A stretch of 64,000 nucleotides of DNA from Chrysomallon squamiferum. Its lineage: Eukaryota > Animalia > Mollusca. Below are positions 48,948 to 61,400 of the stretch, in pieces (the stretch's first letter is position 1; the number at the start of each line of letters is the position of its first letter). A program made the translations under genes and the position numbers. The notes below the pieces were generated by a model, which was not told the origin of the DNA, made no database searches, and saw nothing but the letters and a program-made list of their open reading frames with translations. The DNA is taken from positions 20,274,001-20,338,000 of the forward strand of contig CM022667.1 in assembly GCA_012295275.1 (NCBI GenBank), written 5' to 3'.

Positions 48948-51900
48948 TTACTCCAGAGATTTGATGTACTCATTGTACTGATCTTCTGTTTTTAAACCTT
49001 TCAGTTCACCTGGATCTGCTAGTGTCAGTTTATACAACCATCCTGCAATGTAACAATAACATTTGGAAAAATAACAAAAGAAAGCAAAAAGAAAAAAGAA
49101 AACAGAAGTAATACATACGCATATATAAAACAAATTTAATTGTCCAACAATGATTGTTTTAATTTAATGTGATGATGTAAATAAATAAATTTTGCACTGC
49201 TACAAGAACATTTGAAAGAACTGTTATATAAGCCAATCATTTTTTAGTGTATATTTTGTAGCATAACCAGTGATAAATGAAAAGTAAGTTAATCACTGAC
49301 AATGCTTCTACAGCTATCAGTCTCTCAAATACTTTGAAAAAAACCCAACCAAATAATATTTATTTTTAGAAATAAGAGAAACTAAAAGAGACAACTGGAA
49401 ACAACAATGAAAAAGAAAAAAGTTATATATTATTCTTATGATCAGTTAAAAATGCTTACCTTTACTGTAAGGTGAGTCGTTAATGAGTTTAGGAGTATCT
49501 GAGACGAGGTGGTTGATTTCTGTGACGTTGCCCGACGCTGGACTGAACACCTCACTGGCAGCTTTTACACTCTCCAGACAACCACATTCACCTTAGAAAT
49601 GATTTATAACAATAGATTTAATGTATGCTTACAAATTGAAATACTTAAATAAATTCACCTTAGAAATATTTTATAAAAGTAGGTTTAATGTATGCTTACA
49701 AATTAAAATAATTAAATACATTCACCTTAGAAATGTTTTATAACAGTATTTTTAATGTATACTTAAATTTCAAATTAAAATAATCAAATATATTCACCTA
49801 AGAAATATATTATAGCAGCAGGTTTAATGTATGCTTAAATTATCAATTAAAATAATTTAATATATGATTAATTATTGATTTTGCCAAATTCGTAGACTCT
49901 TGAAAGTAAGTAACAATAACAATATCATTATTCAGCATGAAAATATACTTTGAAAGATATTTTGAGATTATCTTATTAAATATTTTATCAGCAACAACAA
50001 AAATCTATCTTTATACTTGAGTTATGATTTCACTTACCATCTTGTTCAAGCTGCTGACCAATCTCAGGTAACTGAACATAAACTATTTCTCCAAGTTTAT
50101 CCTGATTTAAAAAAAAAAAAAAAAACACAGGTAACACAGAGTATTAATAATCATTTAGTAGGTAAAGAACAAAAAACATATTCATAAACAGCTTTGTAAC
50201 AAATATTTGGCTTTCATTCATAGTCATAAATCCGATGTTGAAAACAGACAGCTTTACTCATGAATGCATTATTTACATATTTAAATTAGTATTTTAAATA
50301 ATTTAATTTTAATTTTGTACATCAGTATTTAATCTGATATTTTTTTGAAACTTCTCTATATCCATGCTTATATTTAACAAATGTAATAAAATAATTTAAA
50401 GATAATGTAATAGTAATGACTGGAAACTAACTTGAGCATAGTCAGATATTCCTACTGTGCCATTATTTCCTTCAACACTAATCCATTCATGCTTTTCTGT
50501 ATAAAAGCGATCTGAAAAAGGGTAAATAAATAAATAAATATGTGTATATTTATTAAAAAGTTAAAAAGAAATTTGATGATGAAAAGATTTTCTAAATTTA
50601 TGACCTCATTATTCACTACACACCTGGCATCAACATGAATTGAAATAGTCACATTTCGTCAATTACATGTGATTTACATGTTTGCGTTTAATATTTATTG
50701 ATTGTTATTTACAAGGAAAAATTTTTTTTATTTTTTTTTTCTAGGCAAAATGAAAATGTTATAACTGTTATCACCATATAATCACTTAACTTATTAGAAG
50801 AGATTACAGACAGACCTGTACACAAACTACTAACTCCATCCTTAATTAAAAATCATGTAATACAATATGCACATAGTGAAATGGGAGAGAAGTGACTGGT
50901 GATTCACTACTGTTTCACTACTGATTCAGAAAAGTACCTCCACCATTTTTTTCATTACTGATTAAAGGACTATTGAAACTGCAAATATATACATTTTTAA
51001 ACAAGATGGGATGATCACAATAGAATTGTAAGATTACACTAAAAACATATGTTCAAATTGAAAATATATAGATATACAGAAAAAAAAATTAAAAAATTAA
51101 CACACACAAAGACTTACATATAATCACAATAGCTATTATGCTAATGACTGAATGCACACATTTTAATTCTAGTTTTCTGAATACTTTTGTATGCTAGTGA
51201 TTGAATGCACACATTTTGATCATAGTTTTCTGAATACTTTTGACATAGTTATTTTTGTCTATATAATATATATGTAATGCTTATATCATTTTGGGAGTGC
51301 AACTGGATATAAAGTTTCTTCCCTTATCTACAACTATTGTGTCAGTTTTTCATCACTCTACATATACTATCATTTAATAACTAACAATGGCCCAATATTA
51401 ATAATAATCACTGTAGGAAGTAACCGTGATCCTATAATTACTTTTTATTATTTAATTATTTAGCAAAGTTTGGTTCTTATAATAAAATTACACCTGTTTG
51501 ATCCGAGTGAGAAATAATTAATACAGAACTTTCACTAAAGTTGTTGCATTTCTCAGACAAATAATCTTTTTCATTCTGTTTGTCAGAAACAATACTATAA
51601 ATATAATCCAAATTAGATAAATATTAAATAATTAATTAGCAAGCAATGCATCAAAGGATTACTGCATTACTAGTTATTTCATGTTATTTTGTAAGTACAT
51701 TTATTGGATTTGTAGTATTTTGCTGAAGTCAAAGTTTTAGTTTTACCTTTATTCTATTGATGTTATAAAGGATATGAGAAAAATTCAATACTAAAGTAAT
51801 GACCTGTCCATTACATGTAAACTGTCAGCTGAGATAAAATTCATAAACATGTGGCCGATTCACACCCATTTATTTCTTTTAATGTTTCACTAATTAGCAT

Positions 51901-52050
51901 AAGATGACAACTCCATAACGAACCTGCAAACACTTTTACTGAAACACAAAACTGTCTTGCATTTGTGTTACATTTAATAAAGCTTCTGGGGCTACGCAGT
52001 AGTAGTTTAAAACTACAGCTGGGTACGATCTTCAAAATACACGCGGCCAT
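48948..52050 (-). CDS. GCSH: Glycine cleavage system H protein, mitochondrial, 5 exons
   Basis: Exons 52050-51924 (transit peptide), 50511-50432 (RFYTEKHEWI...GTVGISDYAQ), 50101-50038 (DKLGEIVYVQLP), 49591-49460 (LESVKAASEVFSP, lipoyl-lysine motif) and 49042-48948 (GWLYKL...*). Confidence 0.95.
49587..49865. repeat. Four ~67-72-bp tandem units, each carrying a copy of the GCSH exon 4 splice acceptor
   Basis: ttcacct(t/a)agaaat at 49587, 49654, 49721 and 49793, each followed by ...tttaatgtat(g/a)ctta. Confidence 0.85.
51137..51242. repeat. Tandem duplication of ~53 bp in GCSH intron 1
   Basis: tatgcta.tga.tgaatgcacacatttt.at..tagttttctgaatacttttg occurs twice. Confidence 0.8.
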
Positions 52051-52185
52051 ATCTCGTTGGTTGTAGAAGATATTTCTTCTAAATAGTTAGGAGCACTTCA
52101 GTCTCCAACGGCGAACTCTTACAGCCACTCTGATGCTTTGGCATGCCTTATTATGAATAAATAAATAAATAAATAAATAATATTA

Positions 52186-52245
<60 letters not shown>

Positions 52246-52555
52246 CAGTCAGACAATATATGATTCATTAGCAGTGTGTAGTTTGCCTATTTCTGGAAAT
52301 CTACAAACACTGCCTGACTTTTCAAGTTAAATTCTCAACATATTGCCTGAAAAGAAAGATCCATCATTCACTGTCAGAACTTTTTGTAAAGGTAAACAAA
52401 TTTAGAGATGAGATGCTTATTATGTAATTCAAGAACAAAAGAACTGATGAAAAAGCTTAGCATAAATATAACTGGTTCTCACAGTGTCTTATTTATTAAC
52501 TATAAACTTTTACATTATAAATGTAATAATTTCCTTATATCAGATTGTTTTTTCT

Positions 52556-52945
52556 GGGTGTAGCAAATAATGGCACTGGAAAAAATGGCACCCAGAAGAA
52601 ATGGCATTATGCAAATTTGGAAAAAATGGCACTTTATTTATTTTTTTGGTATTGTTGCTTAAAGAACTCAAAAGTTCTTTCGAATATAGTTTATTCATGC
52701 AACATTGTTACATACATGTATACTGATATACAGCATCAATCTACCAATTGGCTTTGCTTAACAAAGTACAGTTTTATATCAGAGTTTAGAATAAGAATTA
52801 TCACATTATTATCACATTTAAAAATGCAGTATACATGGCATCACTCAAAATTCCTTCAGAAGTGCAATTATGAATTGTTTTTGTAAGCAGGATTTAACTG
52901 ATTATGTTTATGATCAAACACCAAGGGAATTGTGAGTGTGTGTGC

Positions 52946-53011
<66 letters not shown>

Positions 53012-53394
53012 ACACAAACTCACATACATACACATTCATATATATATGTATACATACATACATGTTTGCTTGGACACATACATAGATACATGAATATGAT
53101 CATACATACAGACACATTCATACATAGGTACCTGATGTAAATATGCATAGTTAAAATATCCTCATTCAGTAAAATTGTTTTTGTTTACATTTATTTTGAC
53201 TGACTGTTTAATTATGAACTGCCAACAGTTGTTAAATTCTGATATTAACTGCAGATTATATTATTTCTGACATTAAATCATTATCTCAAATATTGTTTAT
53301 GCACTGGTTTTTTATGTGTATTTTATGTGCATTATGAATTGTTTTTGTAAGCAGGGCTTCACCTACTACAATAACTGAATGTCAAAAAGCAACA

Positions 53395-53425
<31 letters not shown>

Positions 53426-53763
53426 ATGCCCTTGGTGTTTGATCCTGCTTTCAAAAACATTTCATAATTGCACCACTGAAAGAGTTTTTAGTGATGCTAT
53501 GTATACTATATTATTAAATGTGATATTAAACTCTGAAATAAAACTGTACTTTGTTAAGCAAAACCAAGTGGTTGATTGATGCTATATATTAACATACATG
53601 TATGTAGAATACTGCATGAATCAATTGTATTTTCAAAAGTACTTTTAAGATTTTTTTAAGCAACTATACAGAAAAAATAAATAAGGTGCCATTTTTCTGA
53701 AATTTGCTTAGTGCCATTTCTTCAAGGTGCCTTTTTTTTTTCGGTGCTATTTTTTCCATAACC
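52556..53763. mobile_element. Non-autonomous DNA transposon with long TIRs (MULE/foldback-like)
   Basis: ~170-bp diverged inverted arms built from aaa(a)tggcac / gtgcca(t)ttt sub-repeats; flanks tgttttttct and tgtttttttc resemble a ~10-bp TSD; internal direct repeat attatgaattgtttttgtaagcagg. Confidence 0.7.
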
Positions 53764-54668
53764 TGTTTTTTTCAGTGGATTGAATATATTCACATTAACT
53801 TTTCAAGTTAACCAATATTAATATGAATGTTTTAGCAAGAGATTAAAAGTAAGGTTATAGATGTTTGCATAGTTAATTGATGTCATTTTATGGAATTGCT
53901 GCTAGCAAATAATGGACCTATATATACTTTATAAACATTGACGATACATTTCAAACTGATGTGGTCATTCAACAAAATTAGCAAGATTTTTGTCTAGATA
54001 GCCTAACATTATAATGGAAGGCAATAAACTCTTCAAATCTGTTTGTATTCTGTGCCAGAACAAAAACAAATGCCATGTCAAAGGAGGTGGTTGAAGGAAT
54101 GTAGATTGCAATCACATTTTGAACTGTATTTTAAAACACTAGAAAAACAATCCTTAAATTGTTACAAATGAGTGTAACATTAATTACAGTTATCAAATAA
54201 ATTTTAATCTCCCCAGAAAAACCCTAGCTATCCCAGCAGCATGCTGCAGCAAAAATACACTGCCTGGTAGATTTGTTGAAGAAATTTGAGACAAAATCTG
54301 ATGACTTCACATTCTCATTATAAATGACTTATGGAGCTGGGGAATAAGCAGTGTAAACATTACAAAAGTTTACTTATCATAACAGTTTATCAAATCTGTG
54401 GGTCAGTGGCAAAAACAATTAAAAAAACAGTTAATCCTGCCAATTTTGGTATCTTTACATTAAACATGTTGGTGATGCTTGGCTTACAAATACATTTTTT
54501 GCTTTATATAAATAGTAAATGTGATTAAGTTAATGTTTTGTGGATGGCTAAATAAAATGCTTGAATATGGTTAGTCCTCTTCTTCTATGATATATCAAAA
54601 TGAAATGTAAGTAAAAAGTATAAACATTTAAAGTGTGTTTTAGGATATATTTATTTCTTTAACAAATG

Positions 54669-54701
<33 letters not shown>

Positions 54702-55765
54702 AAATAAAGAAGAAAGAAATACAACAATAAAAATATGAAGATAAGTTTATTTCACATATCTTAAGTTTAAATTCATTCTAAAACATAAAAATCAACTGCA
54801 TCAAAACACATAATTTAAAATCTATATTAAATATCAGTAACAAGAGACAATAAAAACATATACAGGGTTAAAACAGTTTCCAAATATAAATTTAATAATA
54901 TAATCACAGAACCATTCTCTTGAAATATTTCATATAATTCAAGCAATAAATATAAAATTATATTAACTATATGAAATACACTCATATATAATAAAAATCA
55001 AAAAGATTTTACTGAAATAATCTATTTTTAAAATTTTCTGTAAAACTTACACAATGTTAAGACAATTGAAAAATCTGAAGACCCTCCAAAAAATCAAGAA
55101 AAAAATCAACAAAAGACAAATAAAACAAAACAAAAAATAAATTAAAAACCAAAAAAAAAAAAAAAAATTATTATGAAATGTCATTTTTTGTTTTAATGCA
55201 AACAACATTATTAATACTGTTCTCTCAATACATAGGAATTCCCTGATTTGATACCATATATATATATATAAAACAATTTGATATCACTAAATGCAATTTT
55301 CTTTAAAATTATCAAAGTATCAAAAATATGTGATTAAAATATATTTAATATAATGAAATATTCTTTAAGATAATATTTAATAATAATGAAAATCAGTGGT
55401 AAGTCACTCTGCAGATATTGGTGCCAGTTTACCATAGAACACCATCAGTGTTCACTGTTTAGAAACCAGACAGAGAACTATTATCATACATTTATTATTC
55501 TTTGTAGCTTATTTATGTGTTCTGTTGTCATCATTGTAATTTAAATTATTCATTAACTCATATATTTTTAATATATCTATGTTTTATAATATGTTTTATA
55601 AATAAAGTTAAAAGATATATTAAAAAAAATCTTAGTAACTAATCTAATAACATCTTAAATAATTCAAATAATAAATGATTATGTCGGAACAAAAATAATA
55701 ATGCTATGATCACTATAATTTTTCCATATTTGTAATGTGATAAATCTGTTATAAAACATGTAGTT

Positions 55766-57832
55766 TCACGTGTTGTCACATTGTGATCCCTGCACAAACA
55801 AACTAAACACATTAACTAATAAAAACATTACAGTCGCTCCAATTGCTGATCCTATCTGTGTCACAATTCCACACCAAAGCAAACCTTTTTTGCCTCTCAA
55901 GTGTAGCAGTCCAGCAATTGATACCTTGGCATATGTCATAACGAAAACAACAAAAACCCATGCCATTATCTGTATATAAAAAAAACAATTTCATTATTCA
56001 ACAACAGTTTAATACAAAATGGAATGATATAAATCTTTAATATCTGAGAAAGAAAATTAATTTATTTTAATGAACAGGCACTGAAGCAGTTATATTATTT
56101 TTTTTGTAATTCATTTTTAACTACACTTTTGTTTATTTCTTGTTCAATAAATAATCCAGATGTTATATTGAAGATATTTTCTTATACAGAAAGAATGTCA
56201 AATATTATGTGTAAAATATAGACTGTGGATTATTTTATTTTGTAATGATAATATTGGACAGAGGAAATCTGTATAAGCTACCCTGAGAGCCTGACATAAA
56301 AGCAGATACAGCACCTTTGATTATACCAGTTACATAGTAATACCTGTTTTAGTACAATGACTAGATCATAAAATGATATTCTGAGGCATAATTTAGGATC
56401 CACCATATCTCAAAAAACTATTTTCAGGACTGCATTTTCCAGCATATTAAATATTTTTTATTTCTAAATATTCCTAAACTATTTAAAAAAAAAAAAATAA
56501 AAAAAAAAAAAAAAAAAAAAAAAAATACTAATAAGCAATAAAAACAAATACCACGATTCCTAACTTTTAGTTAGAAATACTTACAGCCATTACATCACCT
56601 CCATTTTCTCGAGCTATAAGTGGAAAAGGACTCAATACTGCAAGGTACATACAAAATGCACCAACAGAGCTTCCAACCAATACCAGAACAAAAATGATCA
56701 CAAGTGAGCGAGTTTGGTAGAAAAATGTTAGAAAACAAGCTAGAGGATTTGCCATATTTCCTAGATTGACAGCAAGATGATAGGCACTATTTCCATATGG
56801 CAGTACAGAAAATGTCTGGACAGTAGGCAGGACACCATTGGTCAGCCCATTGATCCACAGTGTGAGAAGAAGAAAACACACTGTAACACTCTGGCTATAT
56901 GGCTCTTGAGGTAGGTTTAAGTCAGAGACAGTCACAATTGTCTGGTTGCTCTGATCTTCTGAAATGGAGGCTGTTTGCGGTTCAGTGACTTCTTCTTCCA
57001 ACTGACCTATTCTGTCTTCAGCGGAAGATGATAATGACTTGTAACGTCCAGTATTTATTTCTACATGCTTTGGATTTTCACTGGTTGTAACAATTTTTTC
57101 AAAGTCCTGAAAACCTTGCTCTTCTTTGCAGGATGGAAGATAATTCAGCAAAGTAAAAGCAATGCCACTCACAACCAACATACCAAACAGAAAAAAGAAA
57201 AATATTTCAGTGGAAAAATAAGGTTTTTCTTGCTCTGGAAACACCTTGTATTCTGTTACATTAATTACACTTCCATTCTTCAGGGTTTCATTATGGTACA
57301 GAGTCACATTTACACACTTAATTCTTGATGCTCCTTGACCAAGAGCTACCACACTTGGCAAAAGACCACTGAATCCTTCTCCTATAAATAAGGCTGTTAT
57401 GTACTGAGGTTTGAAGGCTGCCAAAAATGGCAAGAAAACAACAGATGATGTACAGTCAACAAGTGCCAGGAAGAAATTTAGTACCAAAAGGACGGTGCTG
57501 TGTTGAACTCCTGCAATATAAGTTGTTGTATCCCAGAAAAAAGCCAGAAGTAATGTTGATGCAGCTCCAACAAATATAATGACATATATCACTGGTACCT
57601 CCTTGATTTGTTTGTTGCATCTTAACTTGGCAACAGAAAACACTAGAGGTCCAATATTAGCTAACTGTATAATTATAACCATGTAGGAGGGCAAATTCCA
57701 TTTCTCTGGCAAAATATTAACTAGAAAAGGCAATTCAGACCATAATCCATTAATATCTATCCATGATGAAATTCCCCAAATAATAACAAGGGTATAAACC
57801 AGCATATTAATTTGACAACAGTTACTTCCCAT
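55766..57832 (-). CDS. SLC52A3: Riboflavin transporter (SLC52 family), 2 coding exons
   Basis: Exon 57832-56585 (WGISSWIDINGLWSELP...PEKWNLPSY...QLANIGP...VDCTSSVVFLPF...GEGFSGLLPS...NGVLPTVQTFSVLPYG) and exon 55969-55766 (YAKV...CGIVTQIGSAIGA...*). The vertebrate paralog number is nominal. Confidence 0.93.
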
Positions 57833-58470
57833 CTTTATAATCAGTAGATTATGAGAATACTTGAAAACCAAGCAGTAACTACATTTATTTATTTAATAAC
57901 CTGATTATGGACTTCGGAATGTACTTTCTATTCTGACTGTGACACTCTTAAAACTGATAACGACCTGTCATGACAGTGACTATCAGTAGTTACAGATTAA
58001 CGATTTTTTTTCATTTTGCCGACAATCTACACCATTCCGTCATTCATGATTAATATCTTATAACATTATATGATTACATTTTATAGCAGATGAAACAACG
58101 ATAATGAAATAAAATTATTGCTCCACATCGTACGCTATGCATAAAGTCCCCGCTACGACAGTGTTATATATATAAAGTCAACATTGTTATTTGGTCAAGG
58201 AGAACCCGTTACGTGTTACTGTTAATGTCAGAAAAGGATTTAGCAAACACGAACGACATGCTTTTATGATTTTTTTTTATTTAAAAAATATATATAGTGT
58301 AGTAGTTTTATTTTAATGATAAAGAAGAAAAAAGTAATACAAAATTAAAAATAAAATAAAATAACAATTATCTTTACACCGGATGTTAAATTGCTGCAAT
58401 AAGAAATCGTTAACTTCCGGTTCCGAAAACAAAGAAAATTATAGTATTATAGTTTAACTTAACCAAAAAA
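57833..58470. promoter_or_regulatory. Divergent promoter region of SLC52 and BRD7/9 with an ETS/GABP-like ACTTCCGG motif
   Basis: Start codons are ~640 bp apart on opposite strands; CpG retained; acttccgg at 58413-58420. Confidence 0.6.
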
Positions 58471-61400
58471 ATGGGAAAGAAGCACAAAAAACATAAATCT
58501 GAGAAAAGATCTCAACCTGAAAATGAAGGTAAGTCTTGAAATATGAGATATATATTAAGAGATAATAAATTATATTTAGAAATTGAAATACCGACTGGTT
58601 TTAACTTAAAATGTTTCAATACTGAATTAATACAATTATATGAATATTCAGAAATATGAGAATAACTCTGAATAAGTATGTTACAATGTAGTATACTATA
58701 ACTACGTTATATTACAAATCAGAATTCAGCTGACGTTATTTTTATTAATATACCTGTCACTTGTATTAGGAACGTGCAGAGGGCTATCCCGACAATGCCG
58801 TTTTTTCGTGGCTTCGGTGCAATTATTTACCGGTGTTTTCTTGATAAGACGTATTTTTGATTTTTCAAATCCGTCAGTTTTTCATGTGATTCAATCGGTT
58901 ATAAACTGTTGCTGAAATCGACCGAACAAAATACATAATTAATGATTTACATCGGTCAACCTACGGTTTTTGTTCAAAGTTAAATACATTTATTACTGTA
59001 CCGTTGTACGTTGTATAACAAATACATGTTATAACATTTCAACAAGAAACTGACGAAATTTTAGTCAGTTTTATAATTTTGAAGTTAGATTTTGAACTTG
59101 TGAACTGAGTTGCTGTAGTTCCGATGGAGCATCAAGGCGAACGAAATTCAGTGAAAATACTTAACTAACTTTTCACTCGGAATCGAATACATTATATTTT
59201 CATCAAAAGTTATAGAACATATATAATAAGACCAAAATAACATTTTAGATAATATATGCTGTAAATTTCACTATCTTCTTGCTTGCCATTCATTCATTTG
59301 TGATCAGATAGTTTTGTGCCGACACGCATTGTCAGTCGTAAATCTAGGTCACGTAATCAATATGACGTCATTGGATGATGTCCATATTTACAAAACAATT
59401 TGTGATTACTGTTGCTTCTTCTAAAGAATATTTATTTGACTGTCCTAAATGTATAGCTGATAGCTCAGTATAATAATTATACAGAAACTTTCATTTGATT
59501 ATCTTTAAAATTAAAGGACATACAGGACATTTTTTGCTTGTATTTTGATAATCTTGGTGTCATTTTGTTATTTGTTTAGTGCTCATTATAAATGAAATTT
59601 TTGGACGTTTGACCAGGTTAATATTATTTTGTAATAAACATTAGTTTGAATTAAAAAGAAAATCATTTTTATATTTGTTTATTTCACTGAATTTTCCTGT
59701 TCTGCCAGTGTCAGCATACAGAGTAAGGAAATAAACCATATTTTTAATTATCATTTCTCTCTCATTCTTTCCATTCAACTATTATGCTTGTAATTTGGAT
59801 AAATTATTTTAATGAAAGTTAGGAACATGAAATATATATATATATATTTATGATTACAGGATATTTGAATGAGCCCATTTACAAAAAAGAGAAGTATGAA
59901 AAACCATTGAAACTAGTGCTGAAAGTGGGTGGAACACAATCAGAGACAATAAAGGATATATACACTCATTCTCCACATGAAGAACGCAAACACAGACACC
60001 ATAAAAAAAAGAAAAAGAAGAAAGATAAGGATAAGGATCGACACAGACATTCAGATGTAAGTTATCATTATTATTTAAAAATAAATTTTAAAGAATAGAA
60101 AGTAAAATAATGGGTTCTATTCATATTAATTCAACTATATCATTATTAAGGTCAGTCATAATATTTGAAAAATAGTTTCTACTTTTGAACTAAGATACAT
60201 TTCAGTCTTCTACATTATTCATTGTTAATACAAAATTTTGAACAGTCAGTGTGAATAAGATTACCCAAAAATTAAATACAGAATTTTAACTTCCAGTATC
60301 TATACAACAGAATTACTTCTACTTTGAATTTATTATTTTAATAACACTTAACAGATTTTGCATCTTAGTGATAAATTTTCTTCTTTATGTACAGTCAACA
60401 CTTTTTTTTTTAAAATGAATGATGTAAGTCTAAATAACAGAACTGTTTGTTAACTGAAGGAAAGTGGTCATAAACACAGGATAAAACATGCAGAACCTGA
60501 TGAAGTTGAAGATACTCCGCATCGTGAACTGCATATTAAACCTGTGGTGGTTACCTGGTGGCAGATAAAGAAGAGGAATCAATGGACACTACAGAGTCTG
60601 TGGAACGTCCTAAACCAGTACACAGTATGTACAGGAATCAAGATGGAGACAGCCATGCAGCTCTAAAGGAATGTCTTTTGTACTTACACAGGACTTTGCA
60701 AAAGCAAGTTTCTAAAACTCTGAACTGTCTTTCTGCTAAGTGTAGGGATCTTGTAATTTTTTAATGATACTGTTTAGGATTTCTGAGGGGATAATCATTT
60801 TGATTGTTTTTCAGAATTGTTTAGAGATTTTAGTGTAGGAGAATTCTTTTAACTGTTTCTCTGGAAGAATTTTTATGATTACTATCATCGTCTTTTGAGC
60901 AAATGAATTATTCTTAGTTTGTATATAATATATATAATATAAATATAGACAGTTAAAATGATTCAAATGAATAGTCAATTGTTTTTTATCTATAAATTAG
61001 AATGCTTTTATTTATATTTTCAGGAAGGATGTCAATGGTTTCTTTGCATTTCCTGTCACTGATGCCATTGCACCGGGCTATTCCAGTATTATCCACTATG
61101 CCATGGATTTCAGCACACTGTATCAGAAAATTGAAAATGATGAGTTCAGAGGGGTTATGGATTTCAAAGTAAGAATGTCGGACTCATTCACTCATATTAA
61201 TTTATATACAGTAACCTCTCTTTATAACTCCAGCCACCCAGTGTGTTTGAAATGTCATTACATTCAAGATTTTGATGTGCAAAGTAAAAATAATTTTACT
61301 TTAGAAATAACAGGGCATTTACAAAAATTCAAAATAACCATTCTTAAACTGAAATACATATTGTGATACATGTAAAAGAAAACACAGATTTGCAAAAAGC

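Noticed and set aside
36236-57832. Functional mitochondrial/flavin gene cluster (NIPSNAP, GCSH, riboflavin transporter)
   Set aside because: No shared regulatory signal seen; ordinary housekeeping-gene adjacency is sufficient.
58778-59400. CpG-rich stretch in BRD7/9 intron 1 as a transposon or ncRNA
   Set aside because: Could not define TIRs, a TSD or a structure; may simply be promoter-proximal unmethylated DNA.
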